This document shows, piece by piece, positions 1 to 6,671 of a stretch of 38,920 bases of DNA. The stretch lies in the NCBI GenBank assembly GCA_023248265.1, contig JAHFEZ010000005.1:1-38920 (forward strand), in the 5' to 3' direction. The notes beneath the pieces are model-generated. The model ran no database searches, was not told the origin of the DNA, and saw only the letters and a list, made by a program, of their open reading frames with translations. The stretch comes from Deltaproteobacteria bacterium (GTDB taxonomy: Bacteria > Bdellovibrionota > JACOXK01 > 2-02-FULL-40-11). Within the stretch, counting starts at the first letter, position 1, and every line of letters begins with the position of its first letter. A program made the position numbers and the translations under genes.

Positions 1-361
1 AAAATGCATAGGCATATTTTGGGTCATTTTGAACAGCTTTTTTAAAATACTGAAGCGCTTGATCTTCATGCTCTTGATAGAGATAACAAATCCCTAAGTT
101 TAACGCAGTTGTTGCACTTTTAGGATTTAACTGAAGTGCTTTTTTATAGGCCAAAATCGCCTGCTCACTTTCTCCCAATTTTCGGTGAACAAGCCCTAAT
201 TCATTATATGCTTGGGCATATTTGGCATACGTATTGAGAGCCACTCGCAACGCATTGAGGGCCTTATTAAATCTGCCCGCTTGGCGATATTTTTGAGCCA
301 GCGTCAAATAATCTTGAGCAATTTGCTTTTGTATGGGGCTGGTTTTTGCCTTAACCTTCAT
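1..361 (-). CDS. Tetratricopeptide-repeat protein (runs off the left edge of the window)
   Basis: Not in the ORF track. Translated by hand from ATG at 361: MKVKAKTSPIQKQIAQDYLTLAQKYRQAGRFNKAL...AQAYNELGLVHRKLGESEQAILAYKKALQLNPKSATTALNLGICYLYQEHEDQALQYFKKAVQNDPKYAYAF, which shows canonical 34-aa TPR motifs and no stop before base 1. Confidence 0.9.
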   Translation of the reverse strand, partial: MKVKAKTSPIQKQIAQDYLTLAQKYRQAGRFNKALNALRVALNTYAKYAQAYNELGLVHRKLGESEQAILAYKKALQLNPKSATTALNLGICYLYQEHEDQALQYFKKAVQNDPKYAYAF

Positions 362-370
362 CGTATATTC

Positions 371-398
371 AGATCGGCCAAATGTTTAAAAAACTTGA
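371..398 (-). promoter_or_regulatory. Possible sigma28 (FliA)-type promoter for the TPR gene
   Basis: Minus strand reads TCAAGTTT-N12-GCCGATCT against the consensus TAAAGTTT-N11-GCCGATAA. Spacer is one base long; the element ends 9 nt before the ATG. Confidence 0.35.
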
Positions 399-1276
399 GT
401 AAAATTTTTGAGTTTTTCAACGTAAGAAAGCCCTCCAGTATCATACACATTTCCATGATGGGCCCCCGAAATCGCATAAAATTCTTTGGGGACAGGGGCG
501 GCCTCAAAAAGATTTTGACCCAACCGGAAGGGAACCGTTTCATCTTCTGTACCATGAATAATAAGTTTGGGCATAGAAATAGATTTTATTTTTTCTAAAG
601 ATGCAAATTTACTTTTGACAAAAAGCCCCACGGGCAAATAAGGATAAAAAATCTTTGCCATATCCAATGCTGAAGTAAAAGTACTTTCCAAAATTAAGGC
701 TGATGCGAGCCGCTTGGAAGCCAAATCAACGGCGATCGCACCCCCTAAAGATTGTCCAAAGATAACAATATTTTTTTCTGAAATATGTTTTGTTTGCGTT
801 AAGTAACCGTAGGCCGCCTGAGCATCTTGATAAAGGCCTTCTTCGGAGGGGCGACCCTTGCTCTTTCCAAAGCCCCGATAATCTATAATAAAAACATTGA
901 GGTGCACTTTTTGGACAAATATCGAAATAAGCTCTAAATTATTGCTCACGTTTCCACTGTTGCCGTGAAAAAAAAGAAGTGTTTTTTGAGGATGCCTAGC
1001 TCCCCCAACTCCAACGACCGGAAAAAACCATCCATTTAATTTTATGTGGTCTTTTGTTTCAAAAAACACATTTTCAAACTTAAGATGATAGTGATCGGGC
1101 ATTTGCAAAATTTCTGCCTTGGGATGAAAAATAATATTTCCTTCATCAAGGCTTACTTTAAATGCATAGCCAAAATAACCCCCAAAACTCAAAAAGATGA
1201 GAAAAAGCAAAAGAATAGCAATTCTTTTTCTTTGCATAGCACCATCAACATACTCCTTTAAAGTTTTAGACCTCAA
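386..1276 (-). CDS. Membrane-anchored alpha/beta hydrolase (Bem46/ABHD13-like)
   Basis: N-terminal hydrophobic helix, FFHGNSGN, DYRGFGKS, nucleophile elbow GQSLG, HGTED acid and GAHH His. The true start may be ATG at 1237. Confidence 0.9.
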   Translation of the reverse strand: MRSKTLKEYVDGAMQRKRIAILLLFLIFLSFGGYFGYAFKVSLDEGNIIFHPKAEILQMPDHYHLKFENVFFETKDHIKLNGWFFPVVGVGGARHPQKTLLFFHGNSGNVSNNLELISIFVQKVHLNVFIIDYRGFGKSKGRPSEEGLYQDAQAAYGYLTQTKHISEKNIVIFGQSLGGAIAVDLASKRLASALILESTFTSALDMAKIFYPYLPVGLFVKSKFASLEKIKSISMPKLIIHGTEDETVPFRLGQNLFEAAPVPKEFYAISGAHHGNVYDTGGLSYVEKLKNFTQVF

Positions 1277-1299
1277 GAAAATTTATAACCGCCCGATAA
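1273..1299 (+). promoter_or_regulatory. sigma28 (FliA)-type promoter
   Basis: TCAA(G) at 1273, then N15, then CCCGATAA at 1292-1299. This matches TAAA-N15-GCCGATAA with exact spacing and is followed by an AGGAG RBS and ATG at 1329. Confidence 0.65.
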
Positions 1300-1328
1300 G
1301 CTTATGAAAACCAAACAAGGAGATAACC

Positions 1329-3179
1329 ATGAAAAACCCACGGCCCCAATCCATGATGATTTTAGCAATGACCCTTATATTTATTTCAACCAGCCTTCAT
1401 GCAGGATGGAACACGCTTAGACAGATCCAAATTCAAGGTAACAAAACGACGGTTCCAGAAGTCACGGGAAAGCCCCTACATACTGCAAAGGAAATTCTAA
1501 AAAGATCTGGGTTGCCATTTGAGGTTATCAATGAAGGACGCACTTTAAGCTCTGAAGAAAATGAACTCGTTACAAAACAAGAACCGAAAGCCAATAACCC
1601 CGTAACACAAGACACAAAAGTTAAATTATGGCTTAGTAAAGAAGCTGGTCAAGATGTTCAAGCAAAAAAATCGATCCCCAGTACCCTAATTAAAGTTCTT
1701 GAAAGCTCGCCCCAACACATCGCACTCTCGGGTCCCGATAGAGTGCGCCATGGTACTCTTTTTCAACTACAATGGACTCCTATCCGACAGATTCAGGAAT
1801 ATGAGCTCCACATGAGCCGTGACCGCAACTTTGCATACTTTGAAACTCAAAGGGTTATTGAAGCTAGAAGGGCCTTTCTTCAAAGTGCCAGCGAGGATGA
1901 TTCACATGTATACTTTCGCGTTCGTGCTATTTTTACAGATGGTAATCCCGGCATGTGGTCAAATATTAAAGATGTAACCATTACCGCCATGGAAGCCCCT
2001 CAACTTTCAATCAATAGAACTTCGGTTAATTCGGACCAACTTTACACGATGAATTGGTCCGTAGTTCAGGGGGCCACCTATTATTATGTGCAACGCTCAC
2101 CTCAGCCTTCTTTCCCTCGAGACCAAACTTTTTCATATCAAGTTGTCCCCAACTCTGATCAGCAGCATCATGAAGTCCATCAGAGAACTATCTATTATTA
2201 CCGAGTACAAGCAAGGCAAGACCTGAATAAGGGACGATGGTCTAATGCTGTTTCTGTGGCCATCGAACCCGGACGCAGCGCTACATCAGAAACACTGGCA
2301 GCTCCACGGCTTTCCACTTCAGCAACCAGTGTGTATGGCGGGAACGCTTTTCAATTAAGCTGGAGTAATATCCCAGGCGCTGTCCAATACGATTTTCAAA
2401 GCGCGGATAACCTTGAATTTAGACAGGGAGCCCTTTCTTCTCTTCAGTCCACCCAAACAACCTCTCGCATCAATATCAGAAATTTCCAAGACAGAGGAGT
2501 AACCTATTACCATCATGTACGCGCCCGCAATGAACAGGGCCCAGGCGCCTGGTCAAATATAGTGAGTGTCTCCATAAACCCTCTGCCAGCACCCCTGCTT
2601 ACGGTCAATTCCAATCAAGCTCAATCCGATCAAACTTACACGATTTCATGGTCACAAATTGAGCAGGCACGCGAATATATTGTGGAAGAATCTACGGCTC
2701 CTACCTTCTCAAGCGCAAACGTACGGTTGTATACTGTATCCAGCACAACATTGCCAGCTCACAACACCGTTTCTCAAAACATGCTCTACTACTACCGCGT
2801 TCGCGGGGACAATAGCCAAAGTGGTGGACGCTTTTCAAATATTGTAACCGTGGCAGTAAGTCCCTCACGAGGTACGGCTTCTACTCTTCCTGCTCCCACT
2901 CTTTCAGTTAATCCAACTCGGGTAATATCAAATGAAGCATTTGAACTGGGGTGGAATCGCATCACAGAGGCTCGAAACTATGATGTAGAAGAAAGTAGTG
3001 ACTCTACCTTCTCAAGGCCCAGCACTTTTGAAACAGAATTGCTACGATCAAGCATGCGAATTAATCTTAGCATTTCAAGACAAAGTACCACACACTACTA
3101 TCGTGTACGCGCCCGCAATGATCATGGCTCAGGTCCTTGGTCAAATATCATTCAAGTATTTATAGAATACCGAGAGTAA
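1329..3179 (+). CDS. Secreted PASTA-domain protein with five fibronectin type III-like repeats
   Basis: Signal peptide (ILAMTLIFISTSLHA), PASTA motif VPEVTGKPLHTAKEIL...VTKQEPKANNPV...VKLWLS (about aa 40-103), and five repeats ending YYxRVRA...GxWSN. Strong RBS. Confidence 0.85.
   Translation: MKNPRPQSMMILAMTLIFISTSLHAGWNTLRQIQIQGNKTTVPEVTGKPLHTAKEILKRSGLPFEVINEGRTLSSEENELVTKQEPKANNPVTQDTKVKLWLSKEAGQDVQAKKSIPSTLIKVLESSPQHIALSGPDRVRHGTLFQLQWTPIRQIQEYELHMSRDRNFAYFETQRVIEARRAFLQSASEDDSHVYFRVRAIFTDGNPGMWSNIKDVTITAMEAPQLSINRTSVNSDQLYTMNWSVVQGATYYYVQRSPQPSFPRDQTFSYQVVPNSDQQHHEVHQRTIYYYRVQARQDLNKGRWSNAVSVAIEPGRSATSETLAAPRLSTSATSVYGGNAFQLSWSNIPGAVQYDFQSADNLEFRQGALSSLQSTQTTSRINIRNFQDRGVTYYHHVRARNEQGPGAWSNIVSVSINPLPAPLLTVNSNQAQSDQTYTISWSQIEQAREYIVEESTAPTFSSANVRLYTVSSTTLPAHNTVSQNMLYYYRVRGDNSQSGGRFSNIVTVAVSPSRGTASTLPAPTLSVNPTRVISNEAFELGWNRITEARNYDVEESSDSTFSRPSTFETELLRSSMRINLSISRQSTTHYYRVRARNDHGSGPWSNIIQVFIEYRE
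2516..3121 (+). repeat. 18-nt exact direct repeat between FN3 units 3 and 5
   Basis: TGTACGCGCCCGCAATGA at 2516-2533 and 3104-3121; consistent with an internal duplication of a two-domain unit. Confidence 0.85.
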
Positions 3180-3188
3180 GATTTCATT

Positions 3189-3205
3189 TTGGCACAAAAA
3201 TTGCT
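3189..3205 (+). promoter_or_regulatory. sigma54 (RpoN) -24/-12 promoter upstream of ssb
   Basis: TTGGCACAAAAATTGCT matches YTGGCACRNNNNTTGCW; GG at 3191-3192 and GC at 3203-3204 are exactly 12 apart. Confidence 0.65.
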
Positions 3206-3219
3206 TACTTGACAGTGGG

Positions 3220-3241
3220 TTGAAGCTATGTTTGGCTTCAA
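3220..3241. promoter_or_regulatory. Inverted repeat (operator or 5' UTR hairpin)
   Basis: TTGAAGC-N8-GCTTCAA, with no adjacent U-tract on either strand. Confidence 0.45.
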
Positions 3242-3271
3242 AACATTAACTTTTAATCTAAAGGAGGGCGT

Positions 3272-3718
3272 ATGGCCGGAGTCAACAAAGTAATTTTAGT
3301 GGGGCGCTTAGGCGCGGATCCAGAAATGAAATACACCAATTCAGGAACAGGTGTATGTCGTTTTAATTTAGCCACATCTGAAAACTGGACAGGCAAAGAT
3401 GGACAAAAACAAGAACGCACTGAATGGCATAGAATTATTGCTTGGACAAAACTAGGAGAGCTTTGCAACCAATATCTTAAAAAGGGCCGCCAAGCTTATG
3501 TAGAAGGGCGCCTCCAGACCCGCTCCTGGGATGATAAAAACGGGGTTAAGCGCTATACCACAGAAGTTGTAGCCGCCACCATCCAGTTTTTGGGGTCCGG
3601 AGGAGAACGTTCTGCCACCTCACCCTCTGAAGCTTCTTCTTTCCAACAAGACTCCACGTTCGTTGAAGAGCCCTTGTCCCCCGCTGAGCCTGCAGGAGAT
3701 GAAGATATTCCTTTTTAA
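3272..3718 (+). CDS. ssb: Single-stranded DNA-binding protein
   Basis: [32 protein letters not shown], acidic C-terminus DEDIPF; RBS AAGGAGG. Confidence 0.98.
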   Translation: MAGVNKVILVGRLGADPEMKYTNSGTGVCRFNLATSENWTGKDGQKQERTEWHRIIAWTKLGELCNQYLKKGRQAYVEGRLQTRSWDDKNGVKRYTTEVVAATIQFLGSGGERSATSPSEASSFQQDSTFVEEPLSPAEPAGDEDIPF

Positions 3719-3732
3719 ATTTCCTCATCCAT

Positions 3733-3741
3733 TGCTATAAT
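3733..3741 (+). promoter_or_regulatory. Extended -10 sigma70 promoter
   Basis: TGCTATAAT (perfect TGnTATAAT), 8 nt before ATG 3750; no Shine-Dalgarno sequence. Confidence 0.6.
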
Positions 3742-3749
3742 AAAACGCG

Positions 3750-4241
3750 ATGGGAAACTCTTCGGAAAACCAGAAAAAGAAAAAGCTCGAGTTGCTCGAC
3801 TATTATCTAAAAATGCACAAAAAATATCCCCTTTCAAAATATTTTGTGCCACTGGCAGAAACATATCGTTCTTTAGATCTTTTAGATGAAGCCTTAGATA
3901 TTCTTCAAGAGGGCCTCAAATGGCATCCCAATTATTTTATTGGGCGCGCCTTATTGGCGCATGTGTACTCTCAAATGGGACGAACTTCTGAAGCTGCTTT
4001 TGAAGCAGAGCGCGTACTCCAAAGTGATCCCAAAAATCTTTTGGCTCAAAATATTTTTTCAAGACTTTCACAAGCCCACACCGAAGCTTCTTCTTCCCAA
4101 AAAAGCCGTATCCAAGATTTTCAAATCCACTCTTTAGCTCCTGTTCATAGCTCCCTTGCCCAAAAATTTTCTAAACCCAAAAAAGTAATTTTCTTAGAAC
4201 ATCTTCTTAAAAAAATACAAACTCGAGTTCGGCTTTCATGA
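3750..4241 (+). CDS. Small TPR protein with C-terminal amphipathic helix
   Basis: FVPLAETYRSLDLLDEALDILQEGLKWHPNY and GRALLAHVY...AERVLQSDPKN TPR motifs, a Ser-rich linker and C-terminal VIFLEHLLKKIQTR. ATGA overlap with aroQ. Confidence 0.85.
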   Translation: MGNSSENQKKKKLELLDYYLKMHKKYPLSKYFVPLAETYRSLDLLDEALDILQEGLKWHPNYFIGRALLAHVYSQMGRTSEAAFEAERVLQSDPKNLLAQNIFSRLSQAHTEASSSQKSRIQDFQIHSLAPVHSSLAQKFSKPKKVIFLEHLLKKIQTRVRLS

Positions 4242-4726
4242 AAACAAAAAAAATTCTTGTCCTTCACGGCCCTAATTTAAATTTGCTAGGCAAGCGCGAA
4301 CTTTCTTTATATGGCTCCTTTTCTCTTAAAAAAATCAATGCTCATCTTAAAAAGATTGCGCGCGCACAAAAATATACTCTTTTTTCCTACCAATCCAATG
4401 TCGAGGGAACCCTGGTCACCAAAATCCAAAAATGGGCATCCAAAGTGGATGGCATTCTTATTAATCCTGCGGCTTATACACATACCAGCATTGCCATTCG
4501 GGATGTATTGGTCGCGGTTGGAATTCCAACCGTAGAGGTTCACTTATCTAATATTTATAAAAGAGAACCTTTTCGAAAGCAGTCTTTGATTTCTGATGTG
4601 GTGGATGGACAAGTGGTAGGCTTTGGTCCCAAAAGTTATGAACTCGGATTACATGCTCTCATTCAAACAATAGAGGGGCCCAGAAAAGGGCCCAAAGAAA
4701 GGCCCAAAGAAAGGCTAAAGACATGA
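4238..4726 (+). CDS. aroQ: Type II 3-dehydroquinate dehydratase
   Basis: LHGPNLNLLGKRE, QSNVEG, INPAAYTHTSIAIRD, EVHLSNIYKRE. Confidence 0.97.
   Translation: MKTKKILVLHGPNLNLLGKRELSLYGSFSLKKINAHLKKIARAQKYTLFSYQSNVEGTLVTKIQKWASKVDGILINPAAYTHTSIAIRDVLVAVGIPTVEVHLSNIYKREPFRKQSLISDVVDGQVVGFGPKSYELGLHALIQTIEGPRKGPKERPKERLKT
4676..4723 (+). repeat. Degenerate 12-nt tandem repeat (x4) forming the AroQ C-terminal tail
   Basis: GGGCCCAGAAAA/GGGCCCAAAGAA/AGGCCCAAAGAA/AGGCTAAAGACA, encoding GPRK GPKE RPKE RLKT. Confidence 0.8.
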
Positions 4727-5796
4727 AAAATTCAAATTCCATCATTCAAAACTACTTTCAAAAATATAACATCCAGGCCCTTTTGGTTTCTAATCTTCAA
4801 AATGTTCATTACCTATCCCATTTTACAGGATCCACCGCAACGCTGCTTGTTACGGACCGCGGATCTTTTTTCTTTTCTGATTTTCGTTATATGACGCAGG
4901 CCAAAGCACAAGTCAAAGGATTTACAATTATTGAGGTCGCCAGAGATTCTACCCATTCTATTGCCCAACAACTTCAAAAGTTCGGGTTAACGCGTTTAGG
5001 ATTCGAAGCCGGGGCCTTAACTTTTTCACAATATCTAATTTATCAAAAAGGGCTTTCAGGTGTAGAACTAGTCCCCATTGTTGAAGATCCCGCTTACATT
5101 CGAATGGTAAAAACCTCAGAAGAAATAAAAAATATTCAAAAGGCCATTCATGTCAACAAGCTTGCCTTTGAAAAAATTCTTCCTCGGATCAAGCCCGGGC
5201 TACGCGAAGAAGAAATTGCCAAAATGCTTGAGTTTGAAATTCGAAATTCCGGTGGAGAAAAGCTTTCTTTTGATACCATTATCGCCTCAGGCCCTCGAGG
5301 TGCGCTGCCCCATGGCCGGGCTTCTTCAAAAAAGGTTAAATGCGGAGAGCTTATTACCATCGATTTTGGAAACGTGGTTAATAACTACTGCTCAGATGAA
5401 ACTTGTACGGTGGGCCTCGGAAAACTTTCTTCAAAACAAAAAGAAATTTATACCATTGTCAAAGATGCCCACGACTTTGCTGTTGAAAAAATTAGACCTG
5501 GAAAAATGGGCAAAGAAATAGACAAGGTTGCGCGAGAGTATATTGATAAAAAAGGCTATGGAAAATATTTTGGACATGGGCTGGGCCATGGTATTGGTAT
5601 CGCTGTTCATGAACGCCCCATGGTAAATACCGCCAGCTCCGATGTGCTGGACGAAAATATGGTGTTTTCTATTGAGCCTGGCATTTATATCCCCAAGTGG
5701 GGGGGGGTAAGAATCGAAGATCTCGTTCTTTGCACGCCCAAGGGCGGAAAAGTTCTTTCTGAAATCGACAAGCGCTTAAGAATCCTTGATGCCTAA
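4723..5796 (+). CDS. Xaa-Pro peptidase, M24B family (YqhT/YpdF-like)
   Basis: Creatinase N-domain, ALPHG, IDFG...YCSDET, HGLGHGIGIAVHE, SIEPGIY, GVRIED. Confidence 0.95.
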   Translation: MKNSNSIIQNYFQKYNIQALLVSNLQNVHYLSHFTGSTATLLVTDRGSFFFSDFRYMTQAKAQVKGFTIIEVARDSTHSIAQQLQKFGLTRLGFEAGALTFSQYLIYQKGLSGVELVPIVEDPAYIRMVKTSEEIKNIQKAIHVNKLAFEKILPRIKPGLREEEIAKMLEFEIRNSGGEKLSFDTIIASGPRGALPHGRASSKKVKCGELITIDFGNVVNNYCSDETCTVGLGKLSSKQKEIYTIVKDAHDFAVEKIRPGKMGKEIDKVAREYIDKKGYGKYFGHGLGHGIGIAVHERPMVNTASSDVLDENMVFSIEPGIYIPKWGGVRIEDLVLCTPKGGKVLSEIDKRLRILDA

Positions 5797-5814
5797 TACA
5801 CATGCCTAAAGTCT

Positions 5815-6669
5815 ATGGATGACGAGTACTATCTTCTAAGAGAAATTGCCCTTCTTTTAAAACATAAAAAAAATAGTGAGGCCGCACATCTTTATGAAAA
5901 ACTGGGATACCTTTTTTTTAAAAGAAATTTTCATCAAAAAGCCTTGGCCGCGTACCAAAAAGCCCTTTCTCTTTCTTCTGAGCCTCATATCTATGTAGCC
6001 CTTGCCAATATTTATGAAGACTTAAATCAAAAATTCTTAGCCCAAGAAGCTCTATCCCGTGTGCCCCCAGAACCCTCTCAGGCCCCTCCTGCAGCCCCTC
6101 AGCTTTTAGAAAAACCCGAGGAAAATTCTCTCTCCCCAAAAGATCCACCCAGGGGCTCACCAAGAAACCCTCCAAGAAACTCTAAAGATGAGGTCATTCG
6201 CGCTTTAGAAAAAGACCTAGGAATTGAAATTGAAGCACCCCCCAACGTCCCCCCTTTTCATCTAAAAACCCCCTTGGAGGAACTTTCTCCAGAGTCCCTA
6301 TATGAGCTGGCCATTGGTTATAAAGAAATGGGGTTATTTGAAGAAGCCATCGAATACTTAAAGAGGGCCTTGTCTCTGACTCAAGACGCCACGTTCAGCC
6401 CCATGTGCTCTCATGTTTTGGGATTGTGTTATCTCCAAGCTGAGCGTGCCTTTGAGTGTATCTCTCTTCTAGAAAAAACCCTTCATCAAAACTTAAAACT
6501 TCCCAAAGAACTGCGACTAGAGCTATTATATAGTCTAAGTCAGGCATATGAATTGAGCGGCACAGAGGGGAAGGCTCTTTCTTGTCTGAGACAAATTGAA
6601 AAAGAAGACAAGTTCTATCGCGACATTGCTGATAGAATTAAAAAAATTCGTAGCAAAAATACATTTTAA
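5815..6669 (+). CDS. TPR protein, SgmX/Bd2492-like C-terminal module
   Basis: N-terminal TPRs, Pro-rich linker, C-terminal YELAIGYKEMGLFEEAIEYLKRAL...YRDIADRIKKI; directly precedes tamB. The family assignment is from recalled motif and synteny. Confidence 0.75.
   Translation: MDDEYYLLREIALLLKHKKNSEAAHLYEKLGYLFFKRNFHQKALAAYQKALSLSSEPHIYVALANIYEDLNQKFLAQEALSRVPPEPSQAPPAAPQLLEKPEENSLSPKDPPRGSPRNPPRNSKDEVIRALEKDLGIEIEAPPNVPPFHLKTPLEELSPESLYELAIGYKEMGLFEEAIEYLKRALSLTQDATFSPMCSHVLGLCYLQAERAFECISLLEKTLHQNLKLPKELRLELLYSLSQAYELSGTEGKALSCLRQIEKEDKFYRDIADRIKKIRSKNTF
6136..6183 (+). repeat. Degenerate 12-nt tandem repeat (x4) in the TPR linker
   Basis: CCAAAAGATCCA/CCCAGGGGCTCA/CCAAGAAACCCT/CCAAGAAACTCT, encoding PKDP PRGS PRNP PRNS. 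Confidence 0.65.
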
Positions 6670-6671
6670 AA

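Noticed and set aside
212-598. 128-aa plus-strand ORF
   Set aside because: Antisense shadow of the TPR and hydrolase genes, with no motif or RBS.
1304-1420. Out-of-frame upstream ATG (ATGAAAACC) mimicking the PASTA gene start
   Set aside because: It lies at or before the predicted sigma28 +1 and has no SD; no evidence it is translated.
3209-3241. TTGACA as a sigma70 -35, and the hairpin as a terminator
   Set aside because: No -10 at 16-18 nt spacing; the hairpin lacks an adjacent U-tract on both strands.
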